The notes under the pieces are model-generated. The model did no database searches, was not told where the DNA came from, and worked only from the letters and a program-made list of their open reading frames with translations. A program made the position numbers and the translations under genes. DNA of 64,000 nt, from the IMG/VR virus record IMGVR_UViG_3300020160_002696, positions 1-64,000 of that record; one strand, written 5' to 3'. Within the stretch, counting starts at the first letter, position 1. Each line of letters starts with the position of its first letter. This document shows, piece by piece, positions 10,801 to 21,684 of this stretch. This stretch comes from a virus.

Positions 10801-13206
10801 AAATCTAGACTTATAACAGGTATATTTAAAAGAGCATATATAGTAAACTCACTATTAAAAGATGAGAATTTTGATGTTAGTGATAAAGATTTTAACAATA
10901 TTAAAAAAATAAAAAATTTAATTTTTGTAGATACTATATTTTCTAATAATTCAAATATTCTATCTAAGGCAACTTATATGAATTCATTTTTTGTAGGTGG
11001 TAATGATATATGGGATAATGGTATATTTTATGATTCTATTTGGAATGGAGGAAATTTTAAAAATGGATTAGTAAAAGAATCAATTTGGGTAGATGGTATA
11101 TTTAGTGATGGTCTATTTTATAACTCAAGAAGTTTTAATAATATAGGAGGAACTAATTATAATCAAGATATAAAAACAAGATATTATAAAAGTGGTACTG
11201 AATCTAATGCAAGATTTTCATGGCAAAATGGTACATTTTTAAATGGTGAATTTTATAAAAGTGATTGGGAAAATGGAGTATTTAATGGTGGTAAGTTTTA
11301 CTATTCTAAATTTTATAATGGTGTATTTAATAATGGTGTTATAGGTGATAAATCAATTCCTATAGATGATACTTGGTTCTATAATGGAACTATAAATTAT
11401 GCAGTTGTAGAAAATTCTAAAATTGTTTCTCAGAAGTATAATGGTATTTCAAATTCAGTTATTACTTGGAACAATGGTATATTTAATTCTGGAGTTTTTG
11501 GTACAAATGATATACAAGGTGTAGTTAATACTGCTACTTGGAGTTATGGTATATTTAATGGTGGTGAGTTTAGAAATAAAGCAAAATGGAAAGATGGTAT
11601 ATTTAATGGTGGTAAATTCTTATCTAACTATGGATTAAATTTACCAGATAATTCAACAAATAAAGAAGATTACTCTTGGGAATATGGTATATTTAATGGT
11701 GGTGAGTTTGGTAATGCAAGCACTACAATTAATTCAAATTGGTTTGATGGTGAATTTAATGGAGGTCAATTTAAAGGAAGAGTTTGGAATAATGGTATAT
11801 TCTCATTTGGAGAATTTTTAGGAAGTGGTGGTATTGCAATTGGTGGAACACCATCATTTGTATCACAATCCAATCCTGGTATATTTGTAAACTCATATAA
11901 TTTTCCACCAACTGGTTCAACTACAAGAAGATATTATGGTTTATGGAGAAATGGTTATGTAACTGATATTAAAGATAAGTATATTACAGATAGAAAATTA
12001 TATACTGATATTAAAAGGTCAAGTGATACTACTAAAGTTGTCAATAAAGCTATCTTAAAAAATATGCTTTGGGAAAAAGGTATATTTTCACATCCAAGTG
12101 GTGAGATGATTAACTCAGTTTGGTTGGATGGAACATTTGAAAGTGGTAGATTTTTATCAAGTTCATTTAATCCTTATGTAACAAGAAATGGTGTTAATAG
12201 ATTTAATTTTAGTGATACTTGCTCTTGGAAGAATGGTATATTTGATGGTGGTGAGTTTAATATATCTACTTGGGAAAATGGAACATTTGTTTCAGGAACT
12301 GCAGTAGGTATGAAATGGAAAAATGGTATTGTTAATTATATGAATGCCTATAATGTATTCTGGGAAGATGGTTTATGGAGAAATGGTAACTGGAATGGTT
12401 CTTATTTTAACTTAACTAAAACAGGTTCAGTTATTGATGATTATGCATTACAAGTTCTAAACAATGGCATGACACTTGGTGTTACATCATCATCTTTACA
12501 TGTTTGGAATATATTTCATAATGAATCATTAAGTGATTATACACAATCTAATACAACAGGATTTGTATTTTCATCCAATACTAATGATGATAGTCCACCT
12601 GCTTGGAGTTCAAGTAGTACTTTTAGTGAAGTTGGATTAACACCTACAACCTCTTCAATTACTATAGTATGGGATCCAATATTTTGGATTGTTAATGATA
12701 ATAGTGATAGATTAGGTACAGATATATCTATAAAAGTTTTATTAACAAGTAATATAAATGATTTAATTAGTGGAGAATGGCAGTATAGTATAGATAATAT
12801 AAACTGGGATAGTTTTGCAAGTGTAACTACAACAGATAATATATATTATAATATGGCATTAGGAGATAACTATTTTAGGATTGAAGATACTATTACAATA
12901 GGACTTAGTTTAAATATTATATATTCTAATGTATTAAAATATACAAGAGAATTAAGTACTTTATATAATAGTTTTAGTGTTATTGTAGGTGCAGCAAATT
13001 GTGTATTTGGTCAAATATCTTTTTCATCTGCATATCAAGAAATTCTTTATTCAAGTTCATCTGTATTAGCAATTGGTACAATATTATATACAGATACTAA
13101 TCTTACAACTACAACAAATGTAGGAACAATAAAAACTGGTTCAATTATTTATGATTTGAGTTCTGGTGAAATTGTTGATATTTATTCTGTAGGTACTACT
13201 TGTTAG
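7816..13206 (+). CDS. Giant virion protein with W/F-x-x-G pentapeptide repeats
   Basis: 1796 aa, N/S/T/G-rich, many WxNGxFxGG repeats; TTTATATATA at 7784-7793. Confidence 0.65.
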   Translation: MNTFSSTNIIQKNIITKPYLLTTEELTQIGSGINLVGYDFLKTLPEPIDETIVNFRYGNPSSPRLLNWVEPYKIAGINYTLFYTEVNSGLKVNDKVFIINGAYDSNLLIQEDKYKKGRDGYKVLFVDECRIVLDIEFKGWLPANDYSEQPEDFDDFIKVYYIKDQNDFIHVNRQVTTRGQIFDYKFNKNQNNIIFTDIDFESIPQGSWGETSGLTGSPGFFIKDGTSNWINISNNSITGNDFMNGLYSIAATNSNNKILILNGSFTYSYSNGVIAEFKEDSVYSWKYDSISGTYSWLVNVKHENNNPPIITKSNFRRGKFDGKWNGGLYGTSDERIIWNSKTATWNSGTLLNTTWQTGIMNSFYSQPSSYFAEFEYSFATSSGFPFQKVNNPDNNGYGYNFVINSDIQNAVINNGNVTNSKLGASASSYNIVEEYLKESNIVDNFITDGITVNKALFDNCKFINANIENTEIRNCRAENSRFNKVKSVNSHYKSSLFLNSNYISDNIIKVLDYDEFTYTTTNDSNATHKVYKFYINKRSYEKFKLKDSFYIKGIKVNNNSGELLNFFDTKFKIGPYKEYIDYDLGVGFIKLAVEYNAFISTPKENEYRYSVDNTGNKLEDIKGKDYYSVDIFVKQKFEETGFGSGNIDYITSNSGIFNDTFLGTGILDFSEAYIVNSDFESGIFENSNWNSGNHINYSNDNNITKDILNGGGFYSLSLTGTNSISFSNTISIEGIASEVDYDYLGTGSVVFLNAVDYDTRGKVTSFVIDNPGSLYTNGTFSTSGGSGTGLTINVTASTIGAAFEVELIPDGDVNNYYYASSAGGGYTTRQTTGGSGTGLVVEIIVSNNSPHFITDVTILNRGSGYNINDELNISLVSISGVDNEGPIKKLKITSILDGGVLVSSTQSFQGLGYQINDIITINGGNSNAQIRVTGVTGSLTRLPDAYKITNHQITGTNQIIDLESIYTFPNLLENGLFLTMGAQNKYGYLHRTKFNKSRLITGIFKRAYIVNSLLKDENFDVSDKDFNNIKKIKNLIFVDTIFSNNSNILSKATYMNSFFVGGNDIWDNGIFYDSIWNGGNFKNGLVKESIWVDGIFSDGLFYNSRSFNNIGGTNYNQDIKTRYYKSGTESNARFSWQNGTFLNGEFYKSDWENGVFNGGKFYYSKFYNGVFNNGVIGDKSIPIDDTWFYNGTINYAVVENSKIVSQKYNGISNSVITWNNGIFNSGVFGTNDIQGVVNTATWSYGIFNGGEFRNKAKWKDGIFNGGKFLSNYGLNLPDNSTNKEDYSWEYGIFNGGEFGNASTTINSNWFDGEFNGGQFKGRVWNNGIFSFGEFLGSGGIAIGGTPSFVSQSNPGIFVNSYNFPPTGSTTRRYYGLWRNGYVTDIKDKYITDRKLYTDIKRSSDTTKVVNKAILKNMLWEKGIFSHPSGEMINSVWLDGTFESGRFLSSSFNPYVTRNGVNRFNFSDTCSWKNGIFDGGEFNISTWENGTFVSGTAVGMKWKNGIVNYMNAYNVFWEDGLWRNGNWNGSYFNLTKTGSVIDDYALQVLNNGMTLGVTSSSLHVWNIFHNESLSDYTQSNTTGFVFSSNTNDDSPPAWSSSSTFSEVGLTPTTSSITIVWDPIFWIVNDNSDRLGTDISIKVLLTSNINDLISGEWQYSIDNINWDSFASVTTTDNIYYNMALGDNYFRIEDTITIGLSLNIIYSNVLKYTRELSTLYNSFSVIVGAANCVFGQISFSSAYQEILYSSSSVLAIGTILYTDTNLTTTTNVGTIKTGSIIYDLSSGEIVDIYSVGTTC

Positions 13207-13230
13207 AATATAAAAATAAATAATTAGATA

Positions 13231-14646
13231 ATGTCAAATATAATAAACTTAACTTGGAATGGTGCAACTGATGACAATGGTATATCAGGTTATCAAATTC
13301 AATGGAGAACATCTACAACATCACCTTGGTCTCAACCAATTTTAGTTAATCATAATCCTAATTCTCCAGGAAACAATTTAATATCTGGTGGTGGTAGTTA
13401 TAGTCATACTATAACTCAAGTACGTGATCATACATTTAGAATAAGAATAATAGATAGTGTAGGTCAATTTAGTGGTTATAAAGAAATTTCAGTACCTGTT
13501 GATAGTTCCACTATATTAATTTCAAGTCAAGGTATAGCACTTGGAAACAATTTAGTATGTACTTCAAATGCATTAAATCCAATAAATCCTATATTACTTA
13601 AAGATAATGGTGTAATAACTAGTACAATAACAGATACTTTAACATTTGTAAAAAATGTTGATGATAGTACATTTGATGGACAAAACAGATTTTGGAGAAT
13701 ATTATTGAATACAATAAGTTATAAATGTAAAATAGAACCATCAGGTAAGATTGTATCACATGAACAATGTTCCTCTAATATTAGAACATTTAATATATCA
13801 AGTCAAGGTTATGATTCAAATATAACAAATGGTCAAATATGTGTAGCAGACTTAAATAATACAATATATTTCAATAATGAATTACAAATTGGTACTATAG
13901 TTTATAATACTTTGAATGATAATGGTACTTTATCAGGTCCATTTATTGGTATTAATAGATATTATTTAATTAGTGATAATGATTTTTACTATATTATTCA
14001 AATACAAAATAATGGTAGTGTATCATCTATTCAAGATTATACTGCAGTCTGTCAGTTAGATGATCCAAATAATGTTATTGTTACTTGTTGTTTTGTAAAA
14101 GGAACTAAAATAACAATGTTTGATTATACAACTAAAAATATTGAAGATGTTAAAATTGGTGATATTGTAATAACTTATAATGAAGAAACTAAATTACAAG
14201 AACCAGGTGAAGTAACAAATATAGCAAATCCTGTAAAAAGTAATATAGTTGAATATGAATTATCAAATGGTGTGTTAATAAAATCAACTACTTGTCATCC
14301 TTATTGGGTTGTTAATAAAGGTTGGTCATCATTTAATAAATCATTAACTAAAGAATTGTATGATTTTAATGTAGAACAAATAGAAGAGAGTGATGTTTTA
14401 CTTACTATAGATAATAAAGAGGTTGTTGTTGATAAAATAACTGAACTAATAACTAAAGAAGTTGCTACATATAATTTAGAAATATTGGGTAATCATACAT
14501 ATTATGCAAATGGTATTTTAGTTCATAATAAAACTGCTGTTCCTCCTGCACCAAACAGGTATGATGAATTTGGTAATCAAACATCTGCTTGGACTACATG
14601 GAATAACTTGTATGGTACTACAGCAACTTGTTATGCAGAACCATAA
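13231..14646 (+). CDS. FN3-like + Hint-domain putative virion protein
   Basis: N-terminal INLTWNGATDDNGISGY (FN3-like); Hint domain from CFVKGT to VHN. Confidence 0.8.
   Translation: MSNIINLTWNGATDDNGISGYQIQWRTSTTSPWSQPILVNHNPNSPGNNLISGGGSYSHTITQVRDHTFRIRIIDSVGQFSGYKEISVPVDSSTILISSQGIALGNNLVCTSNALNPINPILLKDNGVITSTITDTLTFVKNVDDSTFDGQNRFWRILLNTISYKCKIEPSGKIVSHEQCSSNIRTFNISSQGYDSNITNGQICVADLNNTIYFNNELQIGTIVYNTLNDNGTLSGPFIGINRYYLISDNDFYYIIQIQNNGSVSSIQDYTAVCQLDDPNNVIVTCCFVKGTKITMFDYTTKNIEDVKIGDIVITYNEETKLQEPGEVTNIANPVKSNIVEYELSNGVLIKSTTCHPYWVVNKGWSSFNKSLTKELYDFNVEQIEESDVLLTIDNKEVVVDKITELITKEVATYNLEILGNHTYYANGILVHNKTAVPPAPNRYDEFGNQTSAWTTWNNLYGTTATCYAEP
14089..14529 (+). other. Hint (intein-like / BIL-type) autoprocessing domain, no endonuclease
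   Basis: Block A CFVKGTKI, KNIEDVKIGD, block B TTCHPYW, block F/G YNLEILGNHTYYANGILVHN; +1 residue is Lys. Confidence 0.9.
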
Positions 14647-14685
14647 AAATAATCAAAGTGATAAACTTAAATTAATATATAGTTT

Positions 14686-17600
14686 ATGCAAAACTCACAA
14701 TCAACATTCTATGATAGAAATTCTTCTCAAAGTTGGGAATTAGTATTAAATAGTGGTATAACTAGAAAACCAAGATATTTAGAAATTCCATTATATATAA
14801 ATAGTGAATTTATAAATGTTAATTTATATAATCAAAAGAAGAACTATCAATTTTTAACTACTATTAAAGGTGGATCTGCATCTACACTGGATATACAACT
14901 GAGTGATCCTTTTAAGGCAGGTTTTGTAAAACAATTATCAATTTTGGAAAATAGTGAAGTACAATTTTATACTTATGCAAATCCAATTTCATCTGAAAGT
15001 TCTGTTAATATAATTAAATATGGTGCACTAGATACATTTACATCAAGTTATATAACTGCATCATCAATTAGAGAGATAGACTTTTTAATAAATGGTTATA
15101 GAGAGTTTAGATACTTAAATCTTCCCTTAAATGATGAAAGTCAACCAAATGGATGGTGTTATGAAATTGATTCTATTTCAAATACTGGTTTATATAAATG
15201 GTACTTTTCATCAACATCAAGTGTTATACCTCCACTTTATTCAACTTTTGGTTCAGGATTAGAAGAAGTTTCACTTAATAATGATTATATAGCAACTTTA
15301 ATTGATTATGATTATTTCAATTTAGATTTTACTTTTAATTTCACTGGTGGTAATTCAAATGATAAAATGGAAGCATTTTTGGTAAATCAAAATGACTTAA
15401 AATTGGGTAGATCATCTTGGGGTAATCCAATTAACTTTAAAGTAAGTGGTTTATCTGGTGTGACTAGTTCACTTAATACAATTGCTACTTTTAGTCAAAT
15501 AAATTTAGCAGCTACAAATATTAATGGAACTAAAAGATATTTGGTTTTTAGACCAAATATGTCACCTTTGCCAAGAACTACAACATATGTTGCGAATATA
15601 TCAATTGTAAGTTTAGTTGGTGGATATAATCCATTAAACAATCTACAAGTAGTACCTGCAACATCTTCTACAACTAGCAATATAGATATTAATATAATAG
15701 ATTCAGTATATAATTTTCAATCTGTTTCAAATGGTGTAACATTTAGTTTGGCATCAAAAATAGGAAATGGTTATTTTAAAGCAGGTATTTGGGAAAATGG
15801 AGTTTGGAATAATGGTTGGAGAGATGACACAGTAGTGGCTGATTTTGATGATATTTACTCTGCATTTCTTTATGCATATGATGTATCTTGGAAAATAAAA
15901 ATTAGTGGTTCAAAGGCTTCATGTAATTCATTTAAAGTTGGTGATAAAGTAGCAATTGGTAATATTATAGCAATTGATATAAATGAAAATAGAAATCTAT
16001 TAAGAGATTATTATAATATAACTGAGATATATATAAATCCTGATAATTCTGGAACTAATTGGATTGAAGTTAGTTTAAATACTACATTTCCATATAGAAG
16101 AATTGAAAAAGATTCATCTAATCACAAAATTAAGATAACTAAAAACATTTGGTTATCAGGTGCATTTTTTAATGGTTATTTCTCAGGAGTTTGGAATAAT
16201 GGGTTATTTAAAGGTTATCCTAAAATTACAGAAATGTTTGATACTCATTGGATTGATGGTTTTTTTAATGGAGGACATTTTAACTCTACTTATCCTGATT
16301 ATTATTTTACTGATATAGAATCTACTGAAAATTGTCAAGTTAGTAATATTACTTTAGTATTTGGTACTGCAACACCTCCAAGAACTTCTGGACATAATTT
16401 ACTTCCAGGGGATTATATAATAATTGAAAAGGATATATCTTATATTCCTAATTCAAATAATACTACATCAACTGCTATATTATATAATCCAGAATATAAT
16501 GGTATTGCTAAAGTTTTAGGAGTTAATGGAAATAATGTTGTTGTTGATAAGAAACAAAATCAGATATTAGCATTTCCAGAAGCGGGTAAAGTTACTAGAT
16601 ATACTGCATCTAGTGTTATACAAAACTTTAAGTTTTATGATACTAATAGATCATTATTAAAATCAAATGAAAGTTCAATTTCATCAAGTATATTTAGTTT
16701 TAATTCTTGGATTGATACTAATTATGATACTACAAGATCAGTTACATTAGGTAGAGATTTTAGGTCATATGAACCACTAACAAGTAAATCTGTAAATAGA
16801 AATAATTTGTATGGTTATCCTACATATGATGTACTTTCAAGTGCATCACGTTTTAGAAATTCTTTTGACTTAAATTATGGATTGTACAAGTTAGGAACTA
16901 AATATAAGTTATTTACTGATTTTATTGGTGATGGTTCTACATTTAATGAACCATTTGATCCAAAACTAGATAATATATCTAATTTTTACAATGCTGGTTG
17001 GACTTTTTCAACTAAACCAAATCGTTCTACTGATTTAACATTTAATAGATCTGAGGCAATTATATCGGCAGATAGTGCTTCTATTATTTCTACCACAATA
17101 CAAGATTATATAGATGCAGGTGTTACAGGAAATGAATTGTATTTAACCGCAACTAACTCAGGTGCAATATTAAATAATGATAAAATTAATATAGCAAAAA
17201 CAAGATATAGTGTAGTAGAGTTTGATGTTGTTACTTATAGTATTGCAAATTCTAAATTTACACAAACTAATCAAAGGTTATATGATTTAGAAACTGAACT
17301 TAGTGGTCCACCTTTAAATCTTGCAACACAATCAAATATTTCAGTTGATAATTTAACACTTACTGCAAGTAATATTTTCACATTTGATGTTGGTTCACAA
17401 GGAACTTCAATGATTCCAGAAAATAACTTCTTTGATGGATTTGATGGTGAAGTTTGGTCTGTTGATAAACAATCAGATGGTAAGATTATAGTATCTGGTA
17501 ATTTTACTGAATATAATGGTTCACCAACACCAAAACCTAAAATTTGTAGAATAGATAATGGTGTATTAGATATGTCATTTAATCCTGATATTAATGATTT

Positions 17601-20106
17601 TAATCCTACATATATAGATTTTATAAAAGTGTTGGTTGTTAAGGATTATTTACCAATGTTTGATAAGATATTTTTAATAATAAATTATACACAATTAATG
17701 TCAGTAAATAGTTATCCAAATGTTTTAGGAAGGGTTATTAGATTAGAACCAGATGGTACATTTGTAGGTACAATATCAAATTTACAAAAAGAATTTAACT
17801 CAAAAGTAACAGATATTGCAGTAAGGCCTACAGATGGACTTGTTGTAATAGTTGGTCTTTTTACAGCATTCTACTATAATAGTACTAATGTATTCTTTTT
17901 AAATAAAATGGCCTTATTTGAATATAATACTTCAACCAATCTTTCTTTTTCAGGTTATAACTTATATAGTGGATCAAGTAGTGAAACTAGAGGATTTTCA
18001 TTTTTTGATAGTCCTTCTACTATTGCATTTTTAAGTGATGGTAGTATCATAATTGGTGTGGCACCAAAAGAAATAGGATCTGCATCAAATACAAATGCAA
18101 GATCAAAATTTAAGAATAATTCAGGTACTACTTATTATATAAATGGAATTGTTAAATTAAACACTAATTCAACACAGATTAATGTTGATAGTACATTTCT
18201 TACAACTAGTGCAACTAGTACAAATATGAAAGGATTTTCACTACCATCATCTTTTACACTTTTGTCTAATACATCAAAGAATTTTATTAATAGAATAAAA
18301 GTAGATTCATTAAATAGAATTTATGTAGTTGGTAACTTTGCATCTTATAATGATGGAACTCTTCTTAGAACTTGTAAAAATATAGTAAGGTTGAATTCTA
18401 ATGGTTCATTTGATACAACATTTAATACAGGTACAGGACTAAATTCATTTGCATATGATATAAAATTTAGTTCTGATTATAGTATCTCATATATAGGTGG
18501 TGAATTCACCAGTTATAATAATCAACCTTGTGGTAAAGTTATATCAGTTGGTATAAATGGTGTCTTACAGAATACTTATGTTGGTGGTACTCTTAACCCA
18601 TCAACTTCTGTAGTAAGAACTATGGTTTTAAATGGTTCTAATTTAGTAGTAGGTGGAACTTTCTCATCATATCAACAAGTACCAACTACTACTATTACAC
18701 AAACAATAACAACAAGTGAATGTGTTTTTGGATTGTCATTATTACCAGAAGATATTATCAACATTGCTGTTAAAATTTCATTAAATTGTCAAGGTTCTAA
18801 TTTAGAAAATATTACAATTAATTTAAAATCACCAGATAATAAAATTATTTGTTTAAAGAAAAGTAATGTTTCAAATACATCACCACTTAGTTTAGTGACA
18901 GAAACAATATTAACAGACACTGTATTTGATATTTTATCAAATACTCCGCTCTCATCAGGTAATCAACCATATACTGGAACTTTCTCTATGGAAAAACAAA
19001 CTGGTATAGGTACATTAGGATTTGGTGTTTCTAATTCAACAAACATTGAAGAATTAGTAACTACTAATACACTAAATAATTGGACTATTTATATTCAAAA
19101 CGAAAATTCAACTTACCCAATACTAAATAAATGGGAGTTGATTATTAAATATAAGAAATATATAGAAGATGTTGGAATTGAAATAACACCAAGTGTTGAT
19201 TTACCAATTTTACATTTTAATAACCTTAATTTTGAGATTGGATCTCAACCTAGTGGTGATGAAACTATTCCTATTTATAGAAGAATGTCTTATTTACCAA
19301 TAACCCAAAATATTAATCATTTATCAGTTCAAAATTCATTTAGATTTGACTCTATTGAAAAAACATCTGCTGAAAGATATAATGGTTTTGGTTCAAATAC
19401 AATTAAAAAGAAATATGAATATTTCTATAATAAGACTGATTTAATGATGAGTATTCAAGGAAATGGTGATATGGGTGGAAGTCAATCTATGATGGTATTG
19501 GATAATATTAAAATGTATGAAACAGATATGATTCCATTCTTTAAATATTTTGAAGAAGCAAATATCTATAAAGGTATACAAATTCCTTATGAAGGTGTCG
19601 CACCTAATATTGATTATCTAAACTCTGATTTTGTATTTGTTGATAATGTTACAATTGGTATAGATAGTCTTGATAGTTCAATATTGGATAATACTATTAT
19701 TTGTGTACCTAATGTTGTGGTTAGTGCCTCTTCATCAGTAATAGTAACAACTAATCTACCAACAAATATAGCAACATCATCAGTAAGTATAAGTGGTAAT
19801 GTTTCTATACAAGGTAATGTACAATATATTTCTAGTGGACTTTATTTGAGCGAGGGTAGTTTACAAGAAAATTCAGTTGACAATCCTGTTTTTGATGGTT
19901 TTAATTTTAGTAAAAATGAAACTGGATTACTACCAAGTAGAACATATTATGTTCAGGCATTTGCAGTTACTCAAAAGTTTCTAACCATTAATGGTGCTCT
20001 TACACTTGAACCACAAGAGGTTACTAAAGGACAATTTTTTACTTTTTCAACAGATAGATTACCACCTGATTACTCTAATGATTATTCTGGTGATTATTCA
20101 CAATAG
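14686..20106 (+). CDS. Giant virion protein (GxW repeats, delta-60-like propeller, P-domain-like, FN3-like)
   Basis: GIWENGVWNNGW; QSDGKIIVSGNFTEYNG and RLNSNGSFDTTF repeats; ITINLKSPD...PYTGTF; GLLPSRTYYVQAFA; TAATATATA at 14673-14681. Confidence 0.7.
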   Translation: MQNSQSTFYDRNSSQSWELVLNSGITRKPRYLEIPLYINSEFINVNLYNQKKNYQFLTTIKGGSASTLDIQLSDPFKAGFVKQLSILENSEVQFYTYANPISSESSVNIIKYGALDTFTSSYITASSIREIDFLINGYREFRYLNLPLNDESQPNGWCYEIDSISNTGLYKWYFSSTSSVIPPLYSTFGSGLEEVSLNNDYIATLIDYDYFNLDFTFNFTGGNSNDKMEAFLVNQNDLKLGRSSWGNPINFKVSGLSGVTSSLNTIATFSQINLAATNINGTKRYLVFRPNMSPLPRTTTYVANISIVSLVGGYNPLNNLQVVPATSSTTSNIDINIIDSVYNFQSVSNGVTFSLASKIGNGYFKAGIWENGVWNNGWRDDTVVADFDDIYSAFLYAYDVSWKIKISGSKASCNSFKVGDKVAIGNIIAIDINENRNLLRDYYNITEIYINPDNSGTNWIEVSLNTTFPYRRIEKDSSNHKIKITKNIWLSGAFFNGYFSGVWNNGLFKGYPKITEMFDTHWIDGFFNGGHFNSTYPDYYFTDIESTENCQVSNITLVFGTATPPRTSGHNLLPGDYIIIEKDISYIPNSNNTTSTAILYNPEYNGIAKVLGVNGNNVVVDKKQNQILAFPEAGKVTRYTASSVIQNFKFYDTNRSLLKSNESSISSSIFSFNSWIDTNYDTTRSVTLGRDFRSYEPLTSKSVNRNNLYGYPTYDVLSSASRFRNSFDLNYGLYKLGTKYKLFTDFIGDGSTFNEPFDPKLDNISNFYNAGWTFSTKPNRSTDLTFNRSEAIISADSASIISTTIQDYIDAGVTGNELYLTATNSGAILNNDKINIAKTRYSVVEFDVVTYSIANSKFTQTNQRLYDLETELSGPPLNLATQSNISVDNLTLTASNIFTFDVGSQGTSMIPENNFFDGFDGEVWSVDKQSDGKIIVSGNFTEYNGSPTPKPKICRIDNGVLDMSFNPDINDFNPTYIDFIKVLVVKDYLPMFDKIFLIINYTQLMSVNSYPNVLGRVIRLEPDGTFVGTISNLQKEFNSKVTDIAVRPTDGLVVIVGLFTAFYYNSTNVFFLNKMALFEYNTSTNLSFSGYNLYSGSSSETRGFSFFDSPSTIAFLSDGSIIIGVAPKEIGSASNTNARSKFKNNSGTTYYINGIVKLNTNSTQINVDSTFLTTSATSTNMKGFSLPSSFTLLSNTSKNFINRIKVDSLNRIYVVGNFASYNDGTLLRTCKNIVRLNSNGSFDTTFNTGTGLNSFAYDIKFSSDYSISYIGGEFTSYNNQPCGKVISVGINGVLQNTYVGGTLNPSTSVVRTMVLNGSNLVVGGTFSSYQQVPTTTITQTITTSECVFGLSLLPEDIINIAVKISLNCQGSNLENITINLKSPDNKIICLKKSNVSNTSPLSLVTETILTDTVFDILSNTPLSSGNQPYTGTFSMEKQTGIGTLGFGVSNSTNIEELVTTNTLNNWTIYIQNENSTYPILNKWELIIKYKKYIEDVGIEITPSVDLPILHFNNLNFEIGSQPSGDETIPIYRRMSYLPITQNINHLSVQNSFRFDSIEKTSAERYNGFGSNTIKKKYEYFYNKTDLMMSIQGNGDMGGSQSMMVLDNIKMYETDMIPFFKYFEEANIYKGIQIPYEGVAPNIDYLNSDFVFVDNVTIGIDSLDSSILDNTIICVPNVVVSASSSVIVTTNLPTNIATSSVSISGNVSIQGNVQYISSGLYLSEGSLQENSVDNPVFDGFNFSKNETGLLPSRTYYVQAFAVTQKFLTINGALTLEPQEVTKGQFFTFSTDRLPPDYSNDYSGDYSQ

Positions 20107-20138
20107 AAAAATAATATATAAAAATAAATATTTATAAT

Positions 20139-20783
20139 ATGGCAATACCTACATATACAAGAGAACAATTAATAACATTAATATCAACAAAATTGGCAGG
20201 TTCTCCTAATACAATAGATGCAGTTGAACATAGAGAACTTGAAACTGCTATAGTAAATGCTATTTATGGACAAATAGGTGATATTAAAGAAATTTCATGT
20301 AATACTACTTATATAACAAATAACTTTAAAACAGGTACTAATTTAATTGATGAAGGTTTGGGACTTCCATCAGGTGAAAGATATGGTTGGGCTATATGTA
20401 ATGGTAAAAATGGAACAGTAGATAAAAGAGGTAATGTTTCTATAGGTTATGATCCTTCAAGTTATGCAACACTTGCTTCTACTCAGTCAGGTGGTGGTAC
20501 TACACCTTATAAACAAGGTGGTCTAAAAACAGTTACATTAACAATTGATCAAATGCCACCACATAGTCATACACGTCCCAGAGGTAATGATAATAATTTA
20601 GGTGGTGGAACAAATCAGTATGGTTGGCAAGCAATTGATGATTTGTTTGGTAGCTATGCAACAAACACCACAGGAGGTGCTGGATCTACATCAACTGGTA
20701 ATACAACTGGAGGTTCAACCAATGCGCATGAAAACATGCAACCTTACATAGTTACTTTATTTATTCAGAGGATTCCTGTTTAA
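20139..20783 (+). CDS. Tail collar / baseplate-fibre-like protein
   Basis: GDIKE...GWAICNGKNGT.D.RG...GG.KTVTLTIDQMPPHSH...AHENMQPYIV. Confidence 0.75.
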   Translation: MAIPTYTREQLITLISTKLAGSPNTIDAVEHRELETAIVNAIYGQIGDIKEISCNTTYITNNFKTGTNLIDEGLGLPSGERYGWAICNGKNGTVDKRGNVSIGYDPSSYATLASTQSGGGTTPYKQGGLKTVTLTIDQMPPHSHTRPRGNDNNLGGGTNQYGWQAIDDLFGSYATNTTGGAGSTSTGNTTGGSTNAHENMQPYIVTLFIQRIPV

Positions 20784-21483
20784 AAAGTAGTAAATATCCA
20801 ATTTTACCGGCTTCATCCTTTGAATAGTGACCCATTGCTTCTAACTTGGTTTCATCACCAGTTAGTTTAATGTTTCTTAACTTTTGTTTACCCAATATAC
20901 GTTTATCTCCTTTACAAGTCTTACAAGGAGTTAAACCAACTTTTCCCTGACCCTGACAAAATGAACATTTGTTACCATTGTAGTCTTTACCACTACCTTC
21001 ACAGAAATCACAACCATCATCAGCATCAAAGATATGTAATACCTTACCATCATTATCTTTAATGATAATTTTAGATGATAAATCTTTTCCAGATCCATCA
21101 CAAGTCTTACACATTACCCATCTTTCATATTCAATTTTCCCATCAAAAGTATCATCTACCTTGATGTAAATATTGAACACATCATTCTTTTTGAACTTCT
21201 CTAATTTATCCTTAGTGTCATCAAAATTGAAATTAAAATCTGTTTCTAATAACTCATAATACTCATTGTAGTTATTACCATATCTACTTTTCATATCATA
21301 AGCCTCTCTTTCTTCACCACAAAGAATATCATATGCTTCTGTTAAATCACCAAATACAATTGAATCACCACCTTTATCAGGGTGGTGAGTAAAGGAAAGT
21401 TTATAGTAAGCTTTCTTTATCTCTTTTTCAGTAGAGGTATTTATAACTCCAAGTAAAGCATAATAGTTTTTATTTAGATTCAT
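20761..21483 (-). CDS. dnaJ: DnaJ-like co-chaperone
   Basis: J domain with HPD, followed by four CxxCxG(xG) zinc-finger motifs. Confidence 0.85.
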   Translation of the reverse strand: MNLNKNYYALLGVINTSTEKEIKKAYYKLSFTHHPDKGGDSIVFGDLTEAYDILCGEEREAYDMKSRYGNNYNEYYELLETDFNFNFDDTKDKLEKFKKNDVFNIYIKVDDTFDGKIEYERWVMCKTCDGSGKDLSSKIIIKDNDGKVLHIFDADDGCDFCEGSGKDYNGNKCSFCQGQGKVGLTPCKTCKGDKRILGKQKLRNIKLTGDETKLEAMGHYSKDEAGKIGYLLLFKQESSE

Positions 21484-21676
21484 CTATTAATTCATTTATT
21501 TTTTCTTCAAGTATTGGAAAATCATAGTTTAATACCATATCTGAGATTTCTTCTGAAAATTCATCCTCAAATATTAAACAATCTGTATTCTCAATGAATT
21601 GAATTAATTTTGGTAATCCCTGATTATATACATTTATAATCTTTTCTTTGTTTAAGTAACGCTTGTTAAATCCCAT
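21470..21676 (-). CDS. Hypothetical protein
   Basis: ORF tightly packed in the operon. Confidence 0.6.
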   Translation of the reverse strand: MGFNKRYLNKEKIINVYNQGLPKLIQFIENTDCLIFEDEFSEEISDMVLNYDFPILEEKINELIDESK

Positions 21677-21684
21677 ATTTATAT

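Noticed and set aside
14089-14529. Canonical mobile intein
   Set aside because: No homing endonuclease and the +1 residue is Lys; kept as a cleavage-type Hint domain.
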